From a virus, in the IMG/VR virus record IMGVR_UViG_3300044633_000631, positions 1 to 64,000 of that record: DNA of 64,000 nucleotides. The stretch is one strand, 5' to 3'. How positions within the stretch are numbered: position 1 is the stretch's first letter; every line of letters begins with the position of its first letter. The notes under the pieces were generated by a model. The model was not told the DNA's origin. It saw only the letters and a list, made by a program, of their open reading frames with translations, and did not search any database. Shown piece by piece: positions 16,060 through 24,830 of this stretch. The position numbers were made by a program, and so were the translations under genes.

Positions 16060-16698
16060 TTATTTCCTGCGAAGTGATCCTTCAGCAGCACGTTTAAGCA
16101 CTTCATCTTGTGATAACTGGAATAAAGATTTATTCGAAGTATCTTGAGAAGTACTGCTAGAACTTGTCTGACCGGCCCCTGTCGAAACTTTTGGTTTGAA
16201 TAAGAAAGAATTGTTATCGTCTTCAGAAAATTGTTTTATAAAGGTTCTTAGATCAGTTCCTGATTTATGCACCCATACTCCATTTTCATTTTGTACAAGT
16301 TGCGATGCCACATCCATATATGCCATATCCGCAGCTTTATCACTTCTAAACGTATATCCACTAAGAACAGATTTTACTTCTAAATCCCTAGCGAGTTCTA
16401 TGTTACGTTTTGTTATCGTTTCCAATTTAGCATTGGCTTCCGCTAACTGAAGTTCATAAACTTCTTTATGTTTTCCTTCTTCTTGAAGTCTTTTTATTTC
16501 AGCTTCTTTCTCTTTTTGTTCATACTCAGCAGCTTTCTTTAACGCATTGTCTCTTTCGCTGTACGCTTTATCGAGTTTTTCTTTGATTGGTTTAAGAGCT
16601 TCTTGGATCTTCGTGTCCATATCATCCACAGGAGAATTGGTAGCAGTAGTATCCGGAGTAATATTATCAGTTTCTTTTTCTTCGACATTTTCGGTCAT
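16060..16698 (-). CDS. Capsid scaffolding protein
   Basis: Probable start MTENVEEK with an AAGGA RBS. Charged coiled coil with an FLFKPK..TGAG tail; precedes the capsid gene. Confidence 0.8.
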   Translation of the reverse strand: MTENVEEKETDNITPDTTATNSPVDDMDTKIQEALKPIKEKLDKAYSERDNALKKAAEYEQKEKEAEIKRLQEEGKHKEVYELQLAEANAKLETITKRNIELARDLEVKSVLSGYTFRSDKAADMAYMDVASQLVQNENGVWVHKSGTDLRTFIKQFSEDDNNSFLFKPKVSTGAGQTSSSSTSQDTSNKSLFQLSQDEVLKRAAEGSLRRK

Positions 16699-16711
16699 TT
16701 TATGTTTCCTT

Positions 16712-16749
16712 TGAGTACAACTCAGTGTTATAAAGTGAATACAATTCAC
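16712..16749 (-). promoter_or_regulatory. Two tandem mini-hairpins with identical loops next to the scaffold RBS
   Basis: Plus strand TGAGT-ACA-ACTCA (16712-16724) and GTGAAT-ACA-ATTCAC (16735-16749). Confidence 0.5.
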
Positions 16750-16775
16750 CCTATAGGATATTTGTTTTTAGTATT

Positions 16776-16795
16776 TAGGGTTAATTTAACGGGTT
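16776..16795 (-). promoter_or_regulatory. Putative phage RNAP promoter (copy 1, one mismatch)
   Basis: Plus strand TAGGGTTAATTTAACGGGTT; upstream of scaffold/capsid. Confidence 0.75.
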
Positions 16796-16889
16796 CTATA
16801 ATCCCTTAAGATAATTATCTATTAGTATATTTCTAAGGGATAGATAATAGACTGATTAACTAAAGGGATTAAATAAAGGGGGACCGCTT

Positions 16890-16909
16890 TAGGGTTAATT
16901 TAACGGGGT
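16890..16909 (-). promoter_or_regulatory. Putative phage RNAP promoter (copy 2)
   Basis: Exact TAGGGTTAATTTAACGGGGT, intergenic. Confidence 0.8.
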
Positions 16910-16932
16910 CTCTGTAAAGAACCTGTGCATTA

Positions 16933-17067
16933 TCATTTGTGTTTTGCTCCACATACAGTGCATGTGAACCCTTTCTTCTGATCTGGATTCATCACTCTCA
17001 TTCCATTGCCATGAAGTTTATCCTGATTAGGATGCTGACATGTACATCTTTTAATTTCTGCGTTCAT
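16933..17067 (-). CDS. Small Cys/His-rich putative zinc-binding protein (44 aa; not in ORF track)
   Basis: MNAEIKRCTCQHPNQDKLHGNGMRVMNPDQKKGFTCTVCGAKHK; starts 3 nt after the MuF-RNAP stop. Confidence 0.65.
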   Translation of the reverse strand: MNAEIKRCTCQHPNQDKLHGNGMRVMNPDQKKGFTCTVCGAKHK

Positions 17068-17070
17068 ATT

Positions 17071-20000
17071 TTAGCCTATACCGTAAAATCCCCAATCATC
17101 CTCAAATTTAGTAGGATCAGGAATATCGCTCATTACATCTTTCTTTGTTAAGATGTCTGCTTCTGTTAATGTTTTACCACCGACAACTGATTTACCAGCA
17201 ACTGGAATTAATCCTTTATCAATAGCTTCTTCTAAATATTGATCATATAATTCTTTTGGAAAACCTCTAGCTAACATTTCATCTAAAGTAACCTTGACAG
17301 GGTTCTTATCTAGTACGTTAGCATATAGCTTTCTTATACCCTTCCGGGCCTCCAGCATATCGGCTGCATTGGCGAAAAACGCATCGTGAATGGTGCTTGT
17401 GGCAATCTTATTGTCTCGTCCCCATAAATGGAAATTCTTGACCAACGTAGCATCGTTTGAGTGATTCCCGTTAACGGCATATGCTGTTCGTGCTTTAGTC
17501 GCGTCTGCAATGTCATTTATCTTTCCTTCAGCATTTACTACTTGTTCCCACCAAGTGGCTTCTGTTTTCTGTTGCACTTGAACTAAATTATTAACCCAAT
17601 TACCATCTTTATCTTTATAGACTAATCTTTCTTCAAATGACTGGGTAAAGTTTTGCTCAATAACTTTTCCATCAAAATTAACCCATGGGACATTAGTCCA
17701 AGACTTGGGCAGCTTATTAGCATAAAATATTTCAAAACCTTTAGAGATATTTAATTTTTCTATAGGCTCTACTTTAAATACTTTAAATCCAGTTCTACGA
17801 TCTTTTGGGCCTTTTACACCATAAATAAGATCAGCCAAGGTTCCGTCAGGTTTCCAACCATCAAATCTCTTTAAAAACTTTTCAGACAAAGCTTCTCCAG
17901 GCCTTAATCCTAATATTTCACTAACTCTATCAGGTAATACATAACCCTTTTTACGGGTACCTAATATACTAGTAGCGCCTATAGATTTCCAATCTAATGC
18001 AGCTTGTGAAGGCTTAGCATTAGTTAAATAATCTTCAGCTAGCCTACCAAAGAATTTAGTAAAATCTTTAAGAATAGGAACCTGCTCACCTAAATGTTCA
18101 GACATTAATTTAGCAATAGCTTGGAAGTCTTTTGGAGTGACAACCATATCATATGAACGTGTCATCTTTTCTACTAGGTCTTTAGTAGCTGGATCAAGGA
18201 AGTATAATTGTTCCATTATCTCATCACCAGGGTCTAGTCCTTTATTAAAGATGTCTTTTACATTTTCTCTTAATTGCTTAAGTTCTGCAGTTGTTTCAGG
18301 ATCAAACTTTTCATATCTTGCTGCACGTGCCGATATTTCATTTAATACTTTGTCTCTATCACTAGCTCTAACTACTAATGTAGGTGCAAATGTTTCAGGC
18401 TTTTTAGTTACATTAATCAATTCTTCTTGTAATGCTGAACTAAGATCTGCTATAGTCTTTTCTGTGTTTGCAGTAGCAGGTGTAAATCCTGCATCTTCTA
18501 AAGCCATTTCAGCAGCTTGTTTATTTGTCTTTAAATTATAAACACTCGCTTCATCTTTAATGATAGTGTCTTCACCAAACCTGTTTGACTTTAAAATACG
18601 TTTTTGAGCTTCTAATAATTTAAAGGCTCTTGAATCGGAAGGGACATTTAAAGATTTTAAATGCTCATCTAAAAATTCACCGAGTTCTTCAACAACTTGC
18701 ATAGCAATATATTTCTTAGTATCGCCTTTTGAGCGCTGTTCAAATTTAGCTTTATTTTCAGCTATCTTTTCTTTAGAAAATTTTTCACCAGTCTTATGAT
18801 CAAATGTTTTATATGTAGCACGCTCTTTTCTTTCATCTGTTAATTCAATATCAGAAGTATGTAGCCATTTAAACGTATTTTTTAATTCTGCAGGAGACAA
18901 CTGACCTTTCATAGCCTTTGAAATTAACTCACCTTGCGATTTAATAATCTCATCTACTGTGCCTACATAATTAGGATCTGTTTTATTATCAACACCTAAT
19001 ACTCTTAACAATCCTGCAGAATCTTGACGCTCGGATAATAAACCTTCTGTTACTTTTGTTTCAACAGGTTTTGCAGGTTTCTTTTCCAATACTTTTGCAA
19101 GTTTACCTTCAACATTAAGAATTCCAGTTCTTTCTCCAGCACCATAAAACGTAACCATATTTTGAGCTTTTGCAGCTTTACGTAAATCTTTCTCATTTAA
19201 ACCTAATCTCTCATTTAAAACTTTAAACCGAGGATCATTAAAAGTTGCAGCAGCAATTTCATCATATAGCCTGCGTTTCTGATTTGTAGGTATGACATTA
19301 GATAACGAGGCTAACTGTTTGTTCTTCGTAGTTAACGCAATAATCTGAGCACCTGATGATGAAGCATCTTGTTCTAAAGCTAAAGCTGTTTTGTATGCAT
19401 TCATAGAGCCGCCGGCTTTAAGATGATTATCTATCTTAGCAGCTTCCATAGCAAATCTCATGAACTTACCAAGTTCCTCACCTTCAATTAATTGCACCAT
19501 ATCTGATTCCAGAATGGCACGTAAATCTGCAGGTCTGGCTCTTAGCATTTTATTACCAAGGTCTACCATATCTGGCCACAATTTATCAGCAATCTTTTGG
19601 CGTCCAGTAAATGACAATGAATTATATCTACCTTCAAATACATCATTTAGACCCCCCATAAAGGCACCTATCTGATCTCTGAAGTTTCTATATCCATCTT
19701 CGCCAAGAACCTTTTCTACTTCAGTATTTAAGAAAGGTCTAAATGACTCTCCCGATTGCGGACTAATAAGGCCACGATCATAGATCCTAGCCCGATGATC
19801 GACAAAAGCATGATTACTGAAAGCGTAACCATTATTTCTAAGCCAATCCATAGATTTAAATCGCTCATATGCATCACCACGAGAAGAAATATAATGTTTA
19901 TACTCGTTTAAATCATTATACTTTTTAGCATTACCACGATCATCTTCAAAGTATAGTAATTTCTGAGTAAAGTCGTAAAAGTCATTATCAATTTTATACT

Positions 20001-22398
20001 TGGATTTGGATGCCCAGTTAAGTGCATCTGCCATATTCTTGTCAACAAATTCTACAGGAAAATCTGAAAAACTATTTGTTGATGTAATAGGTATTCTAGT
20101 ATCTTCTAAACCGAGGACACCATTATCAATAAAATACGTTTTATAACCCTCGCGAAATAATAACTTATTCTTATCCGTTGTTACACCGACACGAAGGCCG
20201 ACATCCACTTTCCGTGTGAGCTGTGAGTATTTTTGTACACGCGGATCAGTAACACGTATATTATATGATAAGGTGTCATAATAGGGACCAAATAAAGAAC
20301 CACTAAGTCTACTTTTCATTCTTCTTTTTTGAACACCATATGTTTCAACTTCAAAGAAATTATTAACATTTTTAGCTTCAAGTAGCTTCATACCTGTTTC
20401 ATACCATTTACGTCTAGTGCCGTTCATATTAGCAAGATTATATAAATCTCTTCCTAATGCAATAGCAAACTGGTCTCTATCAGGCATATCTGCCATACTT
20501 AGCCTGTGAGCAAACTTTAGATAAAATTGCTGTAATGCAGATTCAGTTAAACGTTCTTTACCGTTAGGCATTCTTTTTAATACTAAAGGAATTTTGTAAT
20601 CAAATGTATTACGTAACTCTCTAGCTATTTTAGGTGATATAGTGTCTTCCCAGTTATTCTTAGCACGAATATTATCAATGAAATTATCATGTAAGTCTTG
20701 TAATTGAGTTGGACCTAATACTGGATCAATATAATTATCTTGTTTGAGTTTCTTCAATACGTTGATATCACTACGTATCTGAGTTTCAATAGCATCAGAA
20801 ACATTCATTACATCAAATTTAATTTGACCTTGTACTACAGCTTTAAAATTATTCCACTGTTCACCATTATTTCTAAATCTAGTAAATAATATACGCAGGT
20901 TATCTACCACGACTGCCCTTTCATTAGATCCCATTTTCTCACTAAGTAATTCATTAAATTCCTTAATAAATTCCTTATCTTTAGGCTTTAGAACATTACT
21001 TTGTTCTGTCAATCTTAAGTTATTATTTAGTACGGACGGATTGGGTTGGTATAGTCTTGTATCTTCGTATCGACCTGTGACAGGATTAAAAATGAGTTGA
21101 TCTTCTGTTGGAAGACTATTAAGTACTCTTGCCTTGGCAGATTTCTTAGTATGAATAAGACCACCCCTATAATTAGTGAGTGATAATGTACCGTCTAATT
21201 CACCTGATTGCAGTAAATAATAATCTTTAAGTGTTTGTATAAGCTTAGTGTTGCCAATTAAATCATCAGGTGTCATGATTGGAAGTTGCATAGCATCAAG
21301 TTTAGCTTTAGCATTAGCAAACTTTTTTGTATCATTTGGCAGTGTATATGTGGGATCGGTCATCCGTCTTAATTCTTTAATCCCAATAGAATTACCTTCG
21401 GGATTAGTAAACTGATCTAAGGTAAGCTGCCCGCTTTGGAACATACTAACTTTTTTATAATCACCTAAATGCCTTAATTGTACATCTTGTGGCTGACGCT
21501 TTAGCCAATCATTGTATGATTCTCTAAGTGGTGTATTACCGTCATAAAAAGCCTTTTGAGCATCAGTTAAGTTCTCAATATTTCTACGTCTTACTTGTGC
21601 TACGCTTTCTAAATCTGCTATATCGCTCCATGATTTAAATACAGGAACTGTTGTAGATCTACAATGCCAATGTGCTGGTGGGAGATGTGTTGTATCGCTA
21701 ATCGGATAAATTTCACCATCTCTATGGGCACATACTGGGGTTGTTCGTGCGTCAAGGACAGCAACATATTGCCATCCTTGTAACGCTTTTTCATTTGCTT
21801 TATAAATAGCATGATCAGCCTGAGAGGATACAGCTGTAATGGCTGTTATTACCAGACCTTTCGACTGCATGCGAGTTATATTATGTACATTTCCTGCACG
21901 TACTTGTAGAGCTATTTCATCTACGCTTTTTCCGTCAGCTATACCCTTACGTATAACTGCTTCTAATCTAATTTTTTCATTCTTGGCAATACCTGACCAT
22001 CCCTGTTCCATTGTACCATTTTCGCTTAATGGATTTTTAAGTACAATTTCTTCAGAGATTCTATTTTTAGGTCTTTCAGTACGCCATATTTTACCCATTG
22101 CCACTTCAACTTTTTGATAAGCATATGAGAGTTGATCTGAGACAAGTGATGAAAGATCTTTTTGAACAGAATTATTAATTGACTTATAAGTCTTTCTTAA
22201 CTCTTGATCAACTGCTTCTCTGAATCTTTCAAAACCCCTGCCTGATAGTTCAGCATCTTTAATTAATTTATCTAGTCTAACAACATGACCATCAATTACT
22301 AAATCAACTTTACCAGAGACTCTTCTCTCATACAGACGGATCATTGCTGCGCGATCTAGTGTTTTGTCGTATATTTGTGTATTACTATTAATGGTCAT
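17071..22398 (-). CDS. MuF (SPP1 gp7-like) minor head protein fused to a T7-family single-subunit RNA polymerase; putative virion RNAP
   Basis: N-terminal MuF motif WQYVAVLDARTTPVCAHRDG...PPAHWHCRSTTVP (about aa 210-252). C-terminal RNAP motifs DHRARIY...PQ, motif A EQDASSSGAQ (D1011), motif B RKAAKAQNMVTFYG (K1077, Y1085) and NGNHSNDA...IHDAF (D1672). Directly downstream of portal. Confidence 0.9.
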   Translation of the reverse strand: MTINSNTQIYDKTLDRAAMIRLYERRVSGKVDLVIDGHVVRLDKLIKDAELSGRGFERFREAVDQELRKTYKSINNSVQKDLSSLVSDQLSYAYQKVEVAMGKIWRTERPKNRISEEIVLKNPLSENGTMEQGWSGIAKNEKIRLEAVIRKGIADGKSVDEIALQVRAGNVHNITRMQSKGLVITAITAVSSQADHAIYKANEKALQGWQYVAVLDARTTPVCAHRDGEIYPISDTTHLPPAHWHCRSTTVPVFKSWSDIADLESVAQVRRRNIENLTDAQKAFYDGNTPLRESYNDWLKRQPQDVQLRHLGDYKKVSMFQSGQLTLDQFTNPEGNSIGIKELRRMTDPTYTLPNDTKKFANAKAKLDAMQLPIMTPDDLIGNTKLIQTLKDYYLLQSGELDGTLSLTNYRGGLIHTKKSAKARVLNSLPTEDQLIFNPVTGRYEDTRLYQPNPSVLNNNLRLTEQSNVLKPKDKEFIKEFNELLSEKMGSNERAVVVDNLRILFTRFRNNGEQWNNFKAVVQGQIKFDVMNVSDAIETQIRSDINVLKKLKQDNYIDPVLGPTQLQDLHDNFIDNIRAKNNWEDTISPKIARELRNTFDYKIPLVLKRMPNGKERLTESALQQFYLKFAHRLSMADMPDRDQFAIALGRDLYNLANMNGTRRKWYETGMKLLEAKNVNNFFEVETYGVQKRRMKSRLSGSLFGPYYDTLSYNIRVTDPRVQKYSQLTRKVDVGLRVGVTTDKNKLLFREGYKTYFIDNGVLGLEDTRIPITSTNSFSDFPVEFVDKNMADALNWASKSKYKIDNDFYDFTQKLLYFEDDRGNAKKYNDLNEYKHYISSRGDAYERFKSMDWLRNNGYAFSNHAFVDHRARIYDRGLISPQSGESFRPFLNTEVEKVLGEDGYRNFRDQIGAFMGGLNDVFEGRYNSLSFTGRQKIADKLWPDMVDLGNKMLRARPADLRAILESDMVQLIEGEELGKFMRFAMEAAKIDNHLKAGGSMNAYKTALALEQDASSSGAQIIALTTKNKQLASLSNVIPTNQKRRLYDEIAAATFNDPRFKVLNERLGLNEKDLRKAAKAQNMVTFYGAGERTGILNVEGKLAKVLEKKPAKPVETKVTEGLLSERQDSAGLLRVLGVDNKTDPNYVGTVDEIIKSQGELISKAMKGQLSPAELKNTFKWLHTSDIELTDERKERATYKTFDHKTGEKFSKEKIAENKAKFEQRSKGDTKKYIAMQVVEELGEFLDEHLKSLNVPSDSRAFKLLEAQKRILKSNRFGEDTIIKDEASVYNLKTNKQAAEMALEDAGFTPATANTEKTIADLSSALQEELINVTKKPETFAPTLVVRASDRDKVLNEISARAARYEKFDPETTAELKQLRENVKDIFNKGLDPGDEIMEQLYFLDPATKDLVEKMTRSYDMVVTPKDFQAIAKLMSEHLGEQVPILKDFTKFFGRLAEDYLTNAKPSQAALDWKSIGATSILGTRKKGYVLPDRVSEILGLRPGEALSEKFLKRFDGWKPDGTLADLIYGVKGPKDRRTGFKVFKVEPIEKLNISKGFEIFYANKLPKSWTNVPWVNFDGKVIEQNFTQSFEERLVYKDKDGNWVNNLVQVQQKTEATWWEQVVNAEGKINDIADATKARTAYAVNGNHSNDATLVKNFHLWGRDNKIATSTIHDAFFANAADMLEARKGIRKLYANVLDKNPVKVTLDEMLARGFPKELYDQYLEEAIDKGLIPVAGKSVVGGKTLTEADILTKKDVMSDIPDPTKFEDDWGFYGIG

Positions 22399-22417
22399 TT
22401 GGTATTCCTAGATTAAA

Positions 22418-24016
22418 TTATTCCTTCATAGGTTTTGGTTTACTACCTGCAGCAGCCGCTTCTGACTGCATAGCATATTGATCATTATATTTTGTTGCAG
22501 CAGGAATGATTAATTCATCAGCGTTTACTTCTTGTAATGCGGCTTCATCATCATATTCAGAATCAAGAATATCATTTGCTTTTAACATCTGTAACCACAC
22601 GCTTCTTGGTAATAAACCTGATTGATACCATTGAGTAACAAGATTCAACCAATCAGCACCTAAAGGCACTGGATCAAAATCTGCGGATAAATTAAACACA
22701 ATATCACATGAATCAATTTGCAGGCCATATCTCCAGTTAACCATTAAGCCTATTACTTGCTTTAATGTACTAGAGATTTTTGTACTCAACACACTTAATT
22801 GTGCCGTTTGAGCAGCATTACGAATTTCTAATGCAATACCTGATTGTTCATTTTCAGTTGTAAGCATTCTAATGCCAAGTTTAGCCATTTCATCAATAGA
22901 TGCTTCAATAGCTTTTTGCATATCTTGTAATGCGTCTGTGGGTGTTTTTAAGACATCTGCTTTATCATCTTGGCGTAATCTTATCCAAGACCCTAATCCA
23001 GCGTCTACAATTTCATCAAATTGTTCATCAGGCATATCTGACATAATAACAGGTGTATAAGTAGCTGCACCGTATAGTAAATGATTTCGTCTACTAATTT
23101 TATTATATAGGCTAATCTCTTTATCTACGATAGGCATTAATAATGGCATAATAGGTTCTATATTACCATTAACAGGCCATGCAGGAATATGCTTTAGCGG
23201 TTCCCCGTTATTAAGTATATTGTCAAATGTTTCTATTAATTCAAAATGGCCTGAAGGTAGTAATTGCTGCGCTTTCTCACCAATACCCCCTATTTTAAGA
23301 GTTTGATCACCATTATCTTTAGTTGTGCCCATGAACTTGCGGATTTGGTAATTACCTTGTTCGTTTAACTCATGCACCCATACCGTAGGGACTCTCAGAG
23401 CATGGAATTCATTAGTAGTATAATCTTCTGAGTAACCTTTAACAATTACATATTTTAAAACTGTTTTACCAAATACATCTACAGTTGTTGCCCAATTAAC
23501 AATTGTTTCAGCTTTTTGCAAAATAGGATATGGTTTAATCATATCTCTAGTTTCTTTATCTAAGTTCTCAACATCATTAACGGATGGGTGGTCTACAAAT
23601 ACCCATGCACGGGATGTATTGATCTCTTCCCACAATAGTTCATCAAGAAATGCCACTAGTGTAGAGTCATCACGTCCGATATTGTTGATAAGCCAATCTT
23701 TAGCTTCTTCAGGAACTTCATCTGGTAATGTCAATATAGGAGCTTTTCTTAATAAACCCCCAACAAGCATCTTAGCAAATTGTGCAGTAATGCCTGGTAA
23801 TTCAGCTTCTGACTTATAAAAGTCATATTGAGCTTGGCTCATTGTTGTAGAGAAGGGTATCAGCAAATTGCTAAATCTAATTAGATCAATATACTGATCC
23901 AACTCTTTTACAGTACGTTCCCCATTGCATACAGCACGTGCCTTATTCCACGAAGGTTTAAGATACTCATACGCTTGACAAGGATCCGCAACTGTCTTAG
24001 TAGGGCCGTATGTCAT
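22418..24016 (-). CDS. Portal protein (DUF4055-like)
   Basis: 532 aa. QAQYDFYKSEA..P...LVGGLLRKAP N-terminus, SRAWVFVD, and EQSGIALEIR; precedes the MuF gene. Confidence 0.85.
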   Translation of the reverse strand: MTYGPTKTVADPCQAYEYLKPSWNKARAVCNGERTVKELDQYIDLIRFSNLLIPFSTTMSQAQYDFYKSEAELPGITAQFAKMLVGGLLRKAPILTLPDEVPEEAKDWLINNIGRDDSTLVAFLDELLWEEINTSRAWVFVDHPSVNDVENLDKETRDMIKPYPILQKAETIVNWATTVDVFGKTVLKYVIVKGYSEDYTTNEFHALRVPTVWVHELNEQGNYQIRKFMGTTKDNGDQTLKIGGIGEKAQQLLPSGHFELIETFDNILNNGEPLKHIPAWPVNGNIEPIMPLLMPIVDKEISLYNKISRRNHLLYGAATYTPVIMSDMPDEQFDEIVDAGLGSWIRLRQDDKADVLKTPTDALQDMQKAIEASIDEMAKLGIRMLTTENEQSGIALEIRNAAQTAQLSVLSTKISSTLKQVIGLMVNWRYGLQIDSCDIVFNLSADFDPVPLGADWLNLVTQWYQSGLLPRSVWLQMLKANDILDSEYDDEAALQEVNADELIIPAATKYNDQYAMQSEAAAAGSKPKPMKE

Positions 24017-24017
24017 A

Positions 24018-24218
24018 CTAAGCCTCTAATAGTCTATTAAATTCAACAATAGTGCCTTCAAAATATTCATTTGTCACGCTATTCAAAGCTGTGATTTCCT
24101 CTTCAACTTCAGTAGGTGTAATATTCCAGTTAGATGTAATTTTATTTACAAATTCTTTTGGTTGTACCTTTGCCATAACTTTAGGGGCTACGGTTAATGT
24201 TTCTTGCTGATCTGCCAT
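24018..24218 (-). CDS. Hypothetical protein
   Basis: 66-aa ORF packed between endolysin and portal, with an RBS. Confidence 0.65.
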   Translation of the reverse strand: MADQQETLTVAPKVMAKVQPKEFVNKITSNWNITPTEVEEEITALNSVTNEYFEGTIVEFNRLLEA

Positions 24219-24219
24219 T

Positions 24220-24669
24220 TTATTTTCCTAAAAATTTAGTTGATTCACGTTTACGTCTATTGGTTAAGCCTGGAACGACTTTACCTTCATCTTTATTCCA
24301 TCTAAGGAATTGAGCAGCTACTTGATCTTTAGGTGCCCCTGCATTGAGTCGCTTCAATAATGTAGAACCTTTAAAAGCGGCTACACCTACATTATATGTA
24401 AATTCTACTAATGCATCAAATTCGTTTTGTGTTAACGGTACAGTTACGTTTTTATCAACTGCACTTGTGTATTGCTTAAGGGTAACTTTGAAAAGTTGTA
24501 ACGCTCGCTCCTTAGTAATGGGAGCATCCTTTAATGTGACTCTAGTACCATTCTCATAGAAAGTACTACCAAAGCCAATAGTAGGGACGCCCTCACCATC
24601 TGGATACGGTTGCGATCTAAACCCTTCAGAACCTTTTAAGTCTTCTGCGCCTTTATCGCTAAGTTCCAT
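24220..24669 (-). CDS. Endolysin, GH24 phage lysozyme
   Basis: SEGFRSQPYPDGEGVPTIGFG (E-x8-D-x5-T), LTQNEFDALVEFTYNVG, STLLKRLN, GLTNRRKRE. Confidence 0.95.
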   Translation of the reverse strand: MELSDKGAEDLKGSEGFRSQPYPDGEGVPTIGFGSTFYENGTRVTLKDAPITKERALQLFKVTLKQYTSAVDKNVTVPLTQNEFDALVEFTYNVGVAAFKGSTLLKRLNAGAPKDQVAAQFLRWNKDEGKVVPGLTNRRKRESTKFLGK

Positions 24670-24671
24670 AA

Positions 24672-24830
24672 TTATACCGCTGCAACAATAACGCCAATAG
24701 CAACTTCTTTTGCTACTTCTTGTACATCAGGATTAGTCACAACTTTTTCTGCAACATCTGCTGCTTCGTGTACAGTGTGATTAATAGCTTTTCCTGCATC
24801 TTTAAATGCTTTATCTAAACTGTTTGTCAT
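24672..24830 (-). CDS. Small hypothetical protein (52 aa; not in ORF track)
   Basis: MTNSLDKAFKDAGKAINHTVHEAADVAEKVVTNPDVQEVAKEVAIGVIVAAV. ATGA overlap with the upstream stop and a GAGG RBS. Confidence 0.65.
   Translation of the reverse strand: MTNSLDKAFKDAGKAINHTVHEAADVAEKVVTNPDVQEVAKEVAIGVIVAAV

Noticed and set aside
18390-19085. Intein in the MuF-RNAP insertion
   Set aside because: No C/S start with a His-Asn end and no LAGLIDADG motif is visible.
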